A stretch of DNA of 38,847 nucleotides from Calditrichia bacterium (GTDB taxonomy: Bacteria > Calditrichota > Calditrichia > RBG-13-44-9), in NCBI GenBank assembly GCA_037381445.1, contig JARRQT010000003.1:1-38847 (forward strand), in the 5' to 3' direction. Under the pieces are notes generated by a model that saw only the letters and a list, made by a program, of their open reading frames with translations, did no database searches and was not told the origin of the DNA. Within the stretch, counting starts at the first letter, position 1. Each line of letters opens with the position of its first letter. Shown one piece after another: positions 24,621 through 34,055 of this stretch. Made by a program: the position numbers and the translations under genes.

Positions 24621-25322
24621 TTAATCCTGAAATTCCTGCATACTACTTATCAATTTAATTCCGGGCCCCATCGTGTTCGACAGATGAACACTGCGAAGAT
24701 AGGTACCTTTGGCAGTAGCCGGTTTCAACTTGATAATTGTCTGCATTATCGATTTAATATTTTCCTTCAGCTTCTGATGTTCGAACGAAGCCTTTCCCAC
24801 ACTGGTGTGGATGATACCGGTCTTGTCAACCCGGAAATCAATTTTACCGGCTTTTATTTCTGTAACAGTGTTGCCAATGTCCATGGTAACAGTACCGCTT
24901 TTGGGATTGGGCATCAATCCTCTGGGGCCCAGCACGCGACCCAAACGTCCCAAATCTTTCATTGCATCCGGCGTCGCCACCAGAACATCGAAATCAAGCC
25001 AGCTATCTTTCTGAATTTTTTCCAAATACTCATCATATCCGACAAAGTCTGCGCCTGCGCTTTCGGCTTCTGCCGCTTTCTCGCCCTTGGCAATAACCAG
25101 CACACGAACCGGTTTCCCCAATCCATGCGGAAGTGTAACAGTCCCACGAATGGCCTGTTCTGCACGACGAGGATCAACTCCGAGCCGGATAGCAATTTCC
25201 ACAGACTCATCAAACTTGGCAGATGCGGTCTTTTTGACCAGGCCCACTGCCTCATCCAAAGAATATTCCCGACGTTCAATAAGTCCGAAAATATTTTGAT
25301 ATCTCTTACTTCTCTTTTTCAT
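24621..25322 (-). CDS. rplA: 50S ribosomal protein L1
   Basis: AKFDESVE and [16 protein letters not shown] motifs; start set at MKKRSKRY. Confidence 0.97.
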   Translation of the reverse strand: MKKRSKRYQNIFGLIERREYSLDEAVGLVKKTASAKFDESVEIAIRLGVDPRRAEQAIRGTVTLPHGLGKPVRVLVIAKGEKAAEAESAGADFVGYDEYLEKIQKDSWLDFDVLVATPDAMKDLGRLGRVLGPRGLMPNPKSGTVTMDIGNTVTEIKAGKIDFRVDKTGIIHTSVGKASFEHQKLKENIKSIMQTIIKLKPATAKGTYLRSVHLSNTMGPGIKLISSMQEFQD

Positions 25323-25340
25323 TGATATCCTCACCACAAA

Positions 25341-25763
25341 TTATTCAACTTCAATACCCATGCTTCTCGCTGTACCTTCAATAATTCGCATTGCAGCTTC
25401 AACGTCCGATGCATTCAAATCCGGCATCTTGGTTTTCGCAATTTCTTCCACCTGCTGTTTGGTTACTTTCCCAACTTTATTCAAATTAGGTTCACCAGAA
25501 CCCTTATCCAGACCAGCCGCTTTCAGCAACAAGGTGGAAGCAGGCGGGGTTTTGGTAATAAAACTAAAAGAGCGATCCGCGTAAACTGTAATAACAACCG
25601 GAATTACATACCCAATTTTCTCCTGCGTGCGGGCATTAAACGCCTTACAAAACTCCATAATATTGACACCATGCTGACCTAAAGCCGGACCAACAGGCGG
25701 CGAAGGATTGGCCTGCCCTGCAGGGATCTGCAACTTTATATATGCAGCTATTTTCTTTGCCAT
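25341..25763 (-). CDS. rplK: 50S ribosomal protein L11
   Basis: [34 protein letters not shown]. Confidence 0.99.
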   Translation of the reverse strand: MAKKIAAYIKLQIPAGQANPSPPVGPALGQHGVNIMEFCKAFNARTQEKIGYVIPVVITVYADRSFSFITKTPPASTLLLKAAGLDKGSGEPNLNKVGKVTKQQVEEIAKTKMPDLNASDVEAAMRIIEGTARSMGIEVE

Positions 25764-25777
25764 AGCAATTCCTACCT

Positions 25778-26314
25778 CTATTTCTCAATTTCAATTTGTA
25801 AGAAATCCAATTCAACAGGTGTTGGACGGCCAAAAATACTAACAGATACTTTAACCTTCTTTTTCTCTTCGTTCACTTCTTCGATTATTCCGGTGAAGTC
25901 CGCAAAGGGACCATCCATTACCCGGATAGAATCGCCTACCCGGAACGGAATCTCAACCCGTTCGGCCTCCGTATCCTTCTTCTCTACCCGTCTCAGAATC
26001 GATTCCACTTCGTCGGCCCTGACCTCTGTCGGATGGTTGCGCGGCCCCACAAAGCTGATAACACCGGGTGTTTCCTGAACTAGGTGCTTTGTCTGAGCAT
26101 CCAGAACCATTTCCACCAGGACATATCCAGGAAAGAACACCCTGTTTTTCAGTTTTTTCTTTCCATCCCGCATTTCCAATACTGGCTCTGAGGGAACAAC
26201 AATTCTGCCAAAACGTTCTTCCAGATTTTTAAACTGAATTTCATTTTCCAAATGCGCTTTGACCTTGTTCTCCTGGCCGGAATAAACTCTCAATGTATAC
26301 CACTTTTTATCCAC
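25778..26314 (-). CDS. nusG: Transcription termination/antitermination factor NusG
   Basis: [29 protein letters not shown] and [10 protein letters not shown] motifs; GTG start. Confidence 0.98.
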   Translation of the reverse strand: MDKKWYTLRVYSGQENKVKAHLENEIQFKNLEERFGRIVVPSEPVLEMRDGKKKLKNRVFFPGYVLVEMVLDAQTKHLVQETPGVISFVGPRNHPTEVRADEVESILRRVEKKDTEAERVEIPFRVGDSIRVMDGPFADFTGIIEEVNEEKKKVKVSVSIFGRPTPVELDFLQIEIEK

Positions 26315-26335
26315 TTACCTGTTTACCCTATCTTA

Positions 26336-26518
26336 TTAATATAAAATATTAATGATTTTCGATACTATCGTGTCTGTAAAAAATATGAACAACGTAAACA
26401 GCGCGGAAACCACCAAAACGACCACGGTTGAATTAATAAGCTCGTCACGTTCGGGCCATACTACTTTTTTCATCTCAACCCGAACATCTTCGATAAAACC
26501 TTTTGCCTTGTTAATCAT
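26336..26518 (-). CDS. secE: Preprotein translocase subunit SecE
   Basis: EMKKVVWP motif plus one TM helix; start set at MINKAK. Confidence 0.95.
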   Translation of the reverse strand: MINKAKGFIEDVRVEMKKVVWPERDELINSTVVVLVVSALFTLFIFFTDTIVSKIINILY

Positions 26519-26567
26519 AATACTCACTCGATATTTTAAAATAAAATCCACTCATTGCCATAAGGTG

Positions 26568-26641
26568 CAGGCCTGGAGGGACTCGAACCCCCAACCCCCG
26601 GTTTTGGAGACCGGTGCTCTGGCCAATTGAGCTACAGGCCT
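26568..26641 (-). tRNA. tRNA-Trp (CCA)
   Basis: Cloverleaf; anticodon arm CCGGT-CT-CCA-AA-ACCGG; GTTCGA T-loop; 3' CCA not encoded. Confidence 0.97.
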
Positions 26642-26656
26642 ATACCAATCAACGAG

Positions 26657-26806
26657 CTACCTTGTTTCCTTATGTGCCGTATGCTTATCGCAAAAACGAC
26701 AGTATTTCTTAAATTCGACCCGCTGAGGATGTTTCCTCTTGTTCTTAGTCGTTGTATAATTTCTGTTCTTACAAACAGTACATTCCAAAGTGATTATATC
26801 ACGCAC
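26657..26806 (-). CDS. rpmG: 50S ribosomal protein L33 (zinc-ribbon form)
   Basis: Not in ORF track; manual translation from GTG gives [49 protein letters not shown] (49 aa). Confidence 0.97.
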   Translation of the reverse strand: MRDIITLECTVCKNRNYTTTKNKRKHPQRVEFKKYCRFCDKHTAHKETR

Positions 26807-26835
26807 TTTTAGACTCCGTCACTTAACAAGTTGAT

Positions 26836-28026
26836 TTATTCAATAATTTCAGTGACAACACCAGCGCCCACGGTACGACCACCTTCGCGGATAGCGAAAC
26901 GAAGTTCTTTTTCCATGGCGATTGGCTTCAACAATTCTACTGTCATAACCACATTGTCACCGGGCATGATCATTTCCACACCTTCCGGCATATGAATGCT
27001 ACCGGTTACGTCGGTTGTACGGAAATAGAACTGCGGGCGATAGTTATTGAAGAATGGGGTATGGCGGCCACCTTCTTCTTTTTTCAGCACGTAAACCTGG
27101 GCTTTGAATTTGGTGTGGGGGGTAATGGAACCAGGCTTGGCGATAACCATACCGCGCTCGAGTTCTTCCTTATCCACACCGCGCATCAGCAGACCCACGT
27201 TGTCGCCGGCAATACCTTCATCAAGGAGTTTGCGGAACATTTCCACACCGGTAATGACTGTTTTGCGATGGGCGCCCATTCCGACGATTTCCATTTCCTC
27301 ACCAACTTTCACCTTGCCGCGCTCAATACGGCCGGTACCAACAGTTCCGCGACCGGTAATTGAGAACACGTCTTCCACCGGCATCAGGAAAGGTTTGTCA
27401 ACATCACGTTCGGGAGTGGGAATATAATCATCAACGGCATCAAGCAGCTCCTGAATGCATTTTGTTTTTTCAGGATTATCGGGCTCATTCATTGCTTCCA
27501 AAGCACTTCCGCGGATGATGGGGATTTCATCACCGGGGAATTCATAGCTGGACAGAAGCTCGCGGACTTCCAGTTCAACCAGATCCAGCAACTCGGGATC
27601 GTCCACCTGATCAACCTTGTTCAGGAAAACAACGATGCTGGGCACATTCACCTGACGCGCAAGCAGAATGTGTTCACGGGTCTGCGGCATGGGGCCGTCT
27701 GCGGCACTCACCACCAGAATCGCGCCGTCCATCTGGGCAGCACCGGTGATCATGTTCTTGATATAATCGGCATGCCCGGGGCAGTCCACATGTGCATAAT
27801 GCCGTTTTGCTGTCTGATATTCAACGTGAGCCGTAGCGATGGTAATACCACGTTCTTTTTCTTCGGGAGCATTGTCAATACTATCGAACGAACGTATATC
27901 ACTCATTCCCTGCTTGGCCAAATACATGGTTATTGCCGCAGTTAATGTCGTTTTACCATGATCCACATGACCAATCGTACCAACGTTGATGTGAGGCTTA
28001 CTGCGCTCATATTTTTGCTTAGCCAT
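26836..28026 (-). CDS. tuf: Elongation factor Tu
   Basis: [21 protein letters not shown] and [10 protein letters not shown] motifs. Confidence 0.99.
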   Translation of the reverse strand: MAKQKYERSKPHINVGTIGHVDHGKTTLTAAITMYLAKQGMSDIRSFDSIDNAPEEKERGITIATAHVEYQTAKRHYAHVDCPGHADYIKNMITGAAQMDGAILVVSAADGPMPQTREHILLARQVNVPSIVVFLNKVDQVDDPELLDLVELEVRELLSSYEFPGDEIPIIRGSALEAMNEPDNPEKTKCIQELLDAVDDYIPTPERDVDKPFLMPVEDVFSITGRGTVGTGRIERGKVKVGEEMEIVGMGAHRKTVITGVEMFRKLLDEGIAGDNVGLLMRGVDKEELERGMVIAKPGSITPHTKFKAQVYVLKKEEGGRHTPFFNNYRPQFYFRTTDVTGSIHMPEGVEMIMPGDNVVMTVELLKPIAMEKELRFAIREGGRTVGAGVVTEIIE

Positions 28027-28103
28027 TAGCTGTCCTCCAAAATTACCTTTAATTAAACTGGTTAAATAATTCTCTCTTTATGTTAATCTATATATAAAAA
28101 AAG

Positions 28104-28176
28104 AGCCCACGACCGGGATTGAACCGGTGACCTCATCCTTACCAAGGATGTGCTCTACCGACTGAGCTACGTGGGC
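28104..28176 (-). tRNA. tRNA-Thr (GGT)
   Basis: GCCCACG...CGTGGGC acceptor stem; anticodon arm CATCC-TT-GGT-AA-GGATG. Confidence 0.97.
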
Positions 28177-28221
28177 TGCTTTGCTGCAAAACAAACCGCG
28201 AGCGACGGGTTCGAATCGCAG

Positions 28222-28294
28222 AGCGGGAGACGGGACTCGAACCCGCGACCAACAGCTTGGAAGGCTGTGACTCTACCAACTGAGTTACTCCCGC
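28222..28294 (-). tRNA. tRNA-Gly (TCC)
   Basis: GCGGGAG...CTCCCGC acceptor stem; anticodon loop CT-TCC-AA. Confidence 0.97.
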
Positions 28295-28358
28295 AAAATT
28301 TTTTTCCTCTCTTTTTCCAACCCCTCGCTCGCAACCCAATCGTTCGAGCTGATCTCTC

Positions 28359-28444
28359 TGGTGGGGAGGGAAGGATTCGAACCTCCGAAGGCTTCTGCCG
28401 ACAGATTTACAGTCTGTTGCGTTTGACCGCTTCGCTACCTCCCC
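28359..28444 (-). tRNA. tRNA-Tyr (GTA)
   Basis: Anticodon arm ACAGA-CT-GTA-AA-TCTGT; long variable arm; encoded CCA end. Confidence 0.97.
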
Positions 28445-28454
28445 AAAAGCGTAG

Positions 28455-28527
28455 AGCCGATGAGAGGACTTGAACCTCCAACCGACTGATTACAAATCAG
28501 TTGCTCTACCAGTTGAGCTACATCGGC
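28455..28527 (-). tRNA. tRNA-Thr (TGT)
   Basis: GCCGATG...CATCGGC acceptor stem; anticodon loop TT-TGT-AA. Confidence 0.97.
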
Positions 28528-28592
28528 ACCTAAAGTCTTTTTTTCAAGGCAATTACCGGCCTGACTAAAGTGCCTTGTTTTTTCAGCCCACT

Positions 28593-28620
28593 AATTTAAT
28601 AAAAATATTTTCCATGGCAA
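28593..28620 (-). promoter_or_regulatory. Candidate sigma70 promoter of the tRNA-tuf supercluster
   Basis: TTGCCA-16 nt-TAAATT with an A/T tract upstream (UP-like), about 65 nt before tRNA-Thr. Confidence 0.6.
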
Positions 28621-28717
28621 CTAAAAAATATTTTTTCTCCTGTGGACATTAATAGTTTTTCAATAGCCTTTTTCATGCCATTACAAAACAAATTTCAGCA
28701 GCTTTGTTCCATGAAAT

Positions 28718-29638
28718 TTATTTTAATCTTACCCGGGGATCTACATAGGCATATAGCAGGTCTGCCAACAGGTTAATAAACAGGTAAAGGAAGGCTATTA
28801 CCAGAATACAGCTTTGCACCAGCGGATAATCCCGGCGAAGAATCGCAAGTATCAGCAGACGGCCCAGCCCGGGATAGGAAAATACCACTTCCGTGATGAT
28901 GGCCCCGCCCAGCAGCGCGCCCAGCTGCAACCCCACAATGGTGATCACCGGAATCATTGCATTTTTAAGGGCATGCCGATAAACAACCTGAAATTTATTC
29001 AATCCTTTTGCAAAGGCCGCACGGATATAGTCCTGGTTCATGACTTCAATCATTGAGGACCGAATCATGCGGGTTGTTATGGCCGCTAGGCCAAATCCCA
29101 GGGTAAAAGCGGGGAGAACCAGATTCCGCCAGCTATCCAAACCGGCTACCGGCAGCCATCTCAATTGAATGGAAAACAGAATGATCAACAAGGGGCCTAA
29201 CCAGAAAACCGGCATGCTGATTCCTAAGACAGAAAATCCAAGAGATATATAATCCGGCCATTTCCTCTGAAATAAAGCGGACAGTATTCCCAAGGGAAAC
29301 GCCAGTATTAACGAGATAAAAAGCGCACTGACCGACAACAAAGCAGTGGCCGGGAGACGCTCCCAAACCAGTGACAATACCGGCTGCCGGTGGTAAATAG
29401 AAAGCCCCAGGTCACCAGTAAATATATTTTTCCAGAACTGTAAATACTGCAGATGCAAGGGCGCATCCAGACTCAGCTGATGCCGCAAAGCAACCAGGTC
29501 CGCCTGCTTGGCATTTTGACCCAGCATCAGCACTACCGGATCACCCGGCACCAGATGAATGATCAGGAACACAGCGGTGACCACACCTGCCAGCACCGGT
29601 ATAAAAGTTAAAATTCGTCTCTTAATATATGCATTCAT
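28718..29638 (-). CDS. Peptide/nickel ABC transporter permease (DppB/OppB/NikB family)
   Basis: LVPGDPV, GDLGLS, RLPAT, EAA-loop region DYIRAAFAKGL..RHALKNAMIP, ITEVVFSYPGLG and RDYP; start set at MNAYIKRR. Confidence 0.92.
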   Translation of the reverse strand: MNAYIKRRILTFIPVLAGVVTAVFLIIHLVPGDPVVLMLGQNAKQADLVALRHQLSLDAPLHLQYLQFWKNIFTGDLGLSIYHRQPVLSLVWERLPATALLSVSALFISLILAFPLGILSALFQRKWPDYISLGFSVLGISMPVFWLGPLLIILFSIQLRWLPVAGLDSWRNLVLPAFTLGFGLAAITTRMIRSSMIEVMNQDYIRAAFAKGLNKFQVVYRHALKNAMIPVITIVGLQLGALLGGAIITEVVFSYPGLGRLLILAILRRDYPLVQSCILVIAFLYLFINLLADLLYAYVDPRVRLK

Positions 29639-29800
29639 ATAAAACAATATGATAAACCGGAGCAATTTAATCATTGTGGATGAACAGGCAAAAACATTTC
29701 TGAATTTGAAGCCTGCAATAAAGCGGCAAATTCCCTCGCAAATTCTGCCGGGTCATTCATTTATTCAATTGTTAAGAAGGTTTTCTTCTTCATAATAAAC

Positions 29801-29830
29801 TTGATTATTCGAGGCCCTGTCATTTATATT
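29801..29830 (+). promoter_or_regulatory. Candidate sigma70 promoter for cstA
   Basis: TTGATT-18 nt-TATATT followed by GGGGAG SD and ATG at 29866. Confidence 0.5.
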
Positions 29831-29865
29831 CTCATAAGAAATATTTTGCTGGGGAGTATGCACAA

Positions 29866-31521
29866 ATGAGCGGCATTCTTTTGTTGGGTTTCTCTGTTTT
29901 GTTCTTTGTATTTGCTTACCAAACCTATGGCCGATATCTGACCAAGAGGCTTCAGATAAATCCTGACATGGCGACTCCTGCCCATACCATGAATGACGGT
30001 GTTGATTATGTGCCCGCCAAGACTCCTGTCTTGCTGGGGCATCATTTCGCATCCATTGCCGGGGCCGGGCCCATTGTAGGACCGATTATCGCTGCCGCAT
30101 TCGGATGGGCGCCCGTTTATCTCTGGATTCTTATCGGCGCGGTTTTTATCGGCGGGGTTCACGATTACTCTTCCATCATTGCTTCCATCAGACATAAAGG
30201 AAGGTCCATCGGGCAGATCATTGAAAATCATATCGGCTTGAGCGGGAAAAAGCTTTTTCTCATATTCAGTTGGTCAACCCTTATTTTGGTGGTCGCTGTA
30301 TTCATTAATATTGTAGCCGACACTTTTTACCGGACTCCCAGCTCCGCAACTTCCTCTCTGTTATTTATGGCGCTGGCGCTCCTCTTTGGCCTATCCATTT
30401 ACAGACTTAGAATTCCGCTGTGGATTGCCACAATTTTTGGCGTTATTCTGTTGTTTGTTAGCATACTCATCGGAGATTCCTTCCCGCTGCAATTGAGCAA
30501 AAATGTCTGGCAGTGGGTTCTGATCGGCTATATTTTCATTGCATCCGTGACGCCGGTCTGGATTCTGCTTCAGCCCAGAGATTATCTAAACTCCTTTTTA
30601 CTGTATGCTTTAATTATCGGCGGCCTGGCGGGCGTTTTTTTCGCCACGCCCAAACTGAATCTTCAGCCGGTAACGCATTTTTCCATTGAAAATCTGGGCA
30701 CGCTTTTCCCCCTGCTGTTTGTCACGGTTGCCTGCGGCGCTATCAGTGGTTTTCATTCCCTGGTGGGTAGCGGAACAACTGCCAAACAGCTGAACAAGGA
30801 AACAGATGCAAAACCGGTCGGATATGGGGGAATGCTTATTGAAGGTGTGCTGGCGGTAATGGCCCTTCTGGCGGTCGCTTCACTTTCCAAAGGTGAATTC
30901 AGTCAATTTTATTCGGCCAATCACTTTGTTCCGGCCTTCGCGGCAGGGATCGGCAGGTTTATCCACAGCATTCCTTTTCTGAATATACCAGTCTCGGGTG
31001 CAGTAACATTCACCGCTCTGGCGGTGTCGGCATTCGCCCTCACCTCCCTGGATACCGCTACCCGTTTGGGCCGTTTTGCTTTTCAGGAGTTCTTTGAAGA
31101 TTCCGAAAAAAGCCCGGAGGACCAAAGCATTTTGGTAAAAAACCGATTTCTGGCTACGCTTATAACCGTTGCCGTTGGAGCGGCTTTGACCTTCAGCGGA
31201 AAAAGCGGCGGCATCTGGCCTATCTTCGGGAGTGCAAACCAGCTGCTGGCAGCCCTGGCTTTGCTGGCCGTGACTGTCTGGCTGATCCAGCAGGGACGTT
31301 CCGCCATCTTCACGCTGATCCCGATGATATTCATGTTTGCAGTAACCCTGAGTGCGCTGGTTGTTCTTTTCTATATTAATTTCTTTGAGAGGCAGAATTA
31401 TGTTCTCTCAATTCTGGCGTCAATTCTTTTCATTCTTTCTATTGTGCTGAGTTTTCAGGCTTACCGAAAACTGCGGCCTGTTTCGACGACCGAAGAGGTT
31501 CTGCTGAAAACAAACAAATAA
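29866..31521 (+). CDS. cstA: Carbon starvation protein A family transporter (peptide/pyruvate uptake)
   Basis: GHHFASIAGAGPIVGP, LLQPRDY, ACGAISGFHSL, GYGGMLIEG, TSLDTATR and FGSANQL motifs. Confidence 0.93.
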   Translation: MSGILLLGFSVLFFVFAYQTYGRYLTKRLQINPDMATPAHTMNDGVDYVPAKTPVLLGHHFASIAGAGPIVGPIIAAAFGWAPVYLWILIGAVFIGGVHDYSSIIASIRHKGRSIGQIIENHIGLSGKKLFLIFSWSTLILVVAVFINIVADTFYRTPSSATSSLLFMALALLFGLSIYRLRIPLWIATIFGVILLFVSILIGDSFPLQLSKNVWQWVLIGYIFIASVTPVWILLQPRDYLNSFLLYALIIGGLAGVFFATPKLNLQPVTHFSIENLGTLFPLLFVTVACGAISGFHSLVGSGTTAKQLNKETDAKPVGYGGMLIEGVLAVMALLAVASLSKGEFSQFYSANHFVPAFAAGIGRFIHSIPFLNIPVSGAVTFTALAVSAFALTSLDTATRLGRFAFQEFFEDSEKSPEDQSILVKNRFLATLITVAVGAALTFSGKSGGIWPIFGSANQLLAALALLAVTVWLIQQGRSAIFTLIPMIFMFAVTLSALVVLFYINFFERQNYVLSILASILFILSIVLSFQAYRKLRPVSTTEEVLLKTNK

Positions 31522-31552
31522 AATTCACAGATTACTAAACATCGGGGAAATA

Positions 31553-32746
31553 ATGGGTAAATTTGATCTTTCCAAAGCGAAATTTGCGACCTTATGTGTT
31601 CACGGATCTGGAGGTGTTGATCCCCAAACCGGAGCCGTTTCAATCCCTATCTATCAGAGCTCCACATTTGCATTTCGAAATTCCAAACAGGGTGCCGCCT
31701 TGTTTGCCGGAGAAGAGGAAGGTTATTTCTACACGCGGTTGGGGAATCCCACCCAAACGGCCTTCGAAAACGAAATGGCTTTTCTGGAAGGTGGAGAAGC
31801 CGCCCTTGCTTTTGGATCCGGTATGGCTGCTATTAGTGCGGTTATTTTGTATCTTTGCCGGAATGGGGATAATCTGGTCTCCAGCGATACGGTGTACGGG
31901 GGAACCCACAACTTATATAAGGAGACGCTCCCTCTGTGGGACATTCAGGCCCGGGAAGTGGATGCCACCAGTCCGGATAACATCGAAAAAGCAATTGATG
32001 AAAAGACCAGACTTATTTTCATTGAGACACCCGCCAATCCCACACTCTCAATTGTTGATATCTACCGATGCGCCGAAATTGCCGGGAAGCACAACATCCC
32101 CCTGGTCGTGGATAACACCTTTGCCACCCCCTATCTTCAAAAACCCCTTGCAATGGGGGCCGATATCGTTATCCATAGCGCCACGAAATACGTAGGCGGT
32201 CATGGCGATACGGTGGCCGGAGTGGCAGTGGGCAAAAAGGAATTTATGGATAATCTCAGGGTCCAGATTTTACGTGATTTGGGCGGGATTATCAGTCCTT
32301 TGAATTCATGGCTTTTATTGAGGGGCCTGAAAACACTGCCGGTCAGAATGGACCGCCACTGCTCAAATGCGCTGGAAGTAGCAAAATTTTTATCATTCCA
32401 TCCCAAGGTAAACTGGGTCCGTTATCCCGGGCTTACCACTCATCCCCAGCATGACCTCGCCAAACGGCAAATGCGGAATTTTGGCGGAATGGTCACCTTT
32501 GAAGTCAAAGGGGGAAGAAAAGCGGGAATCAAGCTGATGGATAGCGTCGGATTAATTACACTGGCGGTCAGTCTCGGAGACTGCGATTCTCTGATCGAAC
32601 ATCCTGCTTCCATGACGCATTCCACATATTCCGCAGAAGAATTGGAAGAGGTCGGGATCAGCGAAGGCCTGATCCGATTATCGGTTGGATTGGAAGATGT
32701 TTCGGATATTATTACCGATCTGAAACTGGCACTTAAAAAGATATAA
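31553..32746 (+). CDS. Cys/Met metabolism PLP-dependent lyase (methionine gamma-lyase-like)
   Basis: PIYQSSTF, YTRLGNPT, ETPANP, VDNTFATP, HSATKY.GGHGD (PLP lysine) and AVSLG..SLIEHPASMTHS motifs. Confidence 0.9.
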   Translation: MGKFDLSKAKFATLCVHGSGGVDPQTGAVSIPIYQSSTFAFRNSKQGAALFAGEEEGYFYTRLGNPTQTAFENEMAFLEGGEAALAFGSGMAAISAVILYLCRNGDNLVSSDTVYGGTHNLYKETLPLWDIQAREVDATSPDNIEKAIDEKTRLIFIETPANPTLSIVDIYRCAEIAGKHNIPLVVDNTFATPYLQKPLAMGADIVIHSATKYVGGHGDTVAGVAVGKKEFMDNLRVQILRDLGGIISPLNSWLLLRGLKTLPVRMDRHCSNALEVAKFLSFHPKVNWVRYPGLTTHPQHDLAKRQMRNFGGMVTFEVKGGRKAGIKLMDSVGLITLAVSLGDCDSLIEHPASMTHSTYSAEELEEVGISEGLIRLSVGLEDVSDIITDLKLALKKI

Positions 32747-32777
32747 TTTAACGAAACCCATATTTCAAGTTAACCTC

Positions 32778-32811
32778 AAGGGTTATTCCAAAGGGAGTAA
32801 CCCTTTTTATT
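32778..32811 (+). terminator. Intrinsic terminator after the cstA-lyase pair
   Basis: AAGGGTTATTCC-AAAG-GGAGTAACCCTT stem running into TTTTTATT. Confidence 0.8.
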
Positions 32812-32908
32812 GGGATGGTAAGAACATCGCTGAAATCTCTTTAGATTCAGAAAATATAGGTTCGAATTGTTGATAAATAAAAAAATGCAGTCAGATTAAC
32901 TGAGCTTA

Positions 32909-33138
32909 ACGTGAGTTCGAGTTAAGAACTGTTCCGAACGAAATTGTCATTCCGGAAGGCATTGCCGCCACGAAGTGGTCCGTCCAAGAGAATCCAGTGG
33001 ATCAGGGAAGAACAAATTGTAGTCCTTTTGCAGTGGATTCCCACTAAAAGCATGCCCCGTAGGGGTAGACTGGAAAAGACATTCGGGAATAGCTTCTAAC
33101 ATGATTTAATTGACATTCTTATTACGTCGAACTCACGT
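32909..33138. mobile_element. MITE-like element with 12-bp terminal inverted repeats and internal REP-like palindromes
   Basis: ACGTGAGTTCGA (32909-32920) and TCGAACTCACGT (33127-33138) are a perfect inverted repeat; internal TGTCATTCCG..GAATCCA..TGGATTCCC..CGGGAAT; no ORF in the track. Confidence 0.6.
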
Positions 33139-33158
33139 GAGTTTATATTTGTTGGTGT

Positions 33159-33395
33159 CTAATAATCGACCACCAGGCAGGTCGTTGTATCGATAACGCC
33201 CTCCAGGCTGTGTATGTCAGCCAGAACAACCTTTCCCAACTCTTTCATGTCCTCCGATTCAATAAATACAATTGCATCATAAGGCCCGGTAACCGCATGC
33301 ACCTGCTGTACACCCTTAATTTCATTAGTTTGCCGGACAACATCCTTCACCCTGTTTGGAGTAATTCTCACTAAAGCATAGGCATTGATGCTCAT
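33159..33395 (-). CDS. Stand-alone Lrp/AsnC ligand-binding (RAM) domain protein
   Basis: 78 aa, AYALVR...VHAVTGPYDAIV...GVIDTTT; no HTH; start set at MSINAY with AGGAG SD. Confidence 0.88.
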   Translation of the reverse strand: MSINAYALVRITPNRVKDVVRQTNEIKGVQQVHAVTGPYDAIVFIESEDMKELGKVVLADIHSLEGVIDTTTCLVVDY

Positions 33396-33426
33396 TGGGG
33401 GTTCTCCTCTTTTGACATGTTGGTTC

Positions 33427-33455
33427 AATATAAAGCATTCTTAAATACTTGTCAA
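33427..33455 (-). promoter_or_regulatory. Sigma70 promoter for the Lrp/AsnC-domain gene
   Basis: TTGACA-17 nt-TATATT, about 30 nt upstream of the ATG. Confidence 0.75.
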
Positions 33456-33653
33456 CAATTCAGAAGGCAGGTGATCAGAAATTTGCCTAAATAATATCAG
33501 GTATCGAAAGTCTATTATGCAGTAAAATCTAAAAATTTGCGCGGCTCGGCAGGGGAATAAGGGAATTTCGTAAGAGAATAAACAACGGAATCAACGATCC
33601 GGGCCAGTGTCAACGGATTCAATACAAATCAATTATGAGAAAGAGAGTACCTG

Positions 33654-34055
33654 CTATTCTTTTTCAAACAACTCATTGTCAGTAAATGCCAGAGGCAGCA
33701 ACTCTTGAATCCCTGAAAATTTTTCTTCGCCATCATTATTTACCAGAACCACTTCAATATCAGGAGCATAATCCATAAGCACCTGCCGGCAGGCGCCGCA
33801 GGGCGGACAGTAGCCGCTGTTACTTCCTAGGATGTATATTTTCTGAAAATGTCTTTCACCTTCCGAAAGTGCCTTAAAAAGCGCAACTCTTTCCGCACAG
33901 ATTGTGAGACTATATGAGCTGCTTTCGATATTATGACCGCTGTAGATTTTGCCTTCCCGGGTGACCAGAATGGCGCCCACCTTAAAATTGGAATAATTTG
34001 CCAGTGCCCTCTCCCGGGCGTCTTTAAGTTTCCCTAAAATTTTCTCATTCAACAT
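33654..34055 (-). CDS. cdd: Cytidine deaminase (homotetrameric type), probable internal start
   Basis: YSNFKVGA, NIE, ICAER, PCGACRQ and LLPLAF motifs; GGAG 6 nt before ATG at 34055; 133 aa. Confidence 0.88.
   Translation of the reverse strand: MLNEKILGKLKDARERALANYSNFKVGAILVTREGKIYSGHNIESSSYSLTICAERVALFKALSEGERHFQKIYILGSNSGYCPPCGACRQVLMDYAPDIEVVLVNNDGEEKFSGIQELLPLAFTDNELFEKE

Noticed and set aside
28139..28473. ORFs 28139-28339 (-) and 28150-28473 (+)
   Set aside because: They overlap the tRNA genes and are spurious translations.
28545..28577. CAAGGCA/TGCCTTG inverted repeat in the tRNA leader
   Set aside because: Only 7 bp with a 19-nt loop; too weak to call a regulatory element.
29675..29865. 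Possible SAM or other riboswitch upstream of cstA and the Met/Cys lyase
   Set aside because: No recognisable aptamer core, and the candidate promoter leaves only about 30 nt of leader; an Rfam scan would settle it.
31563..32195. 210-aa same-strand alternative-frame ORF inside the PLP lyase
   Set aside because: Pro/Arg-rich off-frame reading with no motif; the main frame is intact, so no frameshift is implied.
32747..33653. Possible CRISPR array or tandem repeats in the intergenic regions
   Set aside because: No regularly spaced direct repeats; only inverted repeats were seen.
33654..34055. Deaminase as a polymorphic toxin or DNA/RNA-editing domain
   Set aside because: Motifs (YS.F.VGA, NIE, CAE, PCGACRQ, LLP.AF) are those of free-nucleoside CDA, and no immunity-like gene follows.
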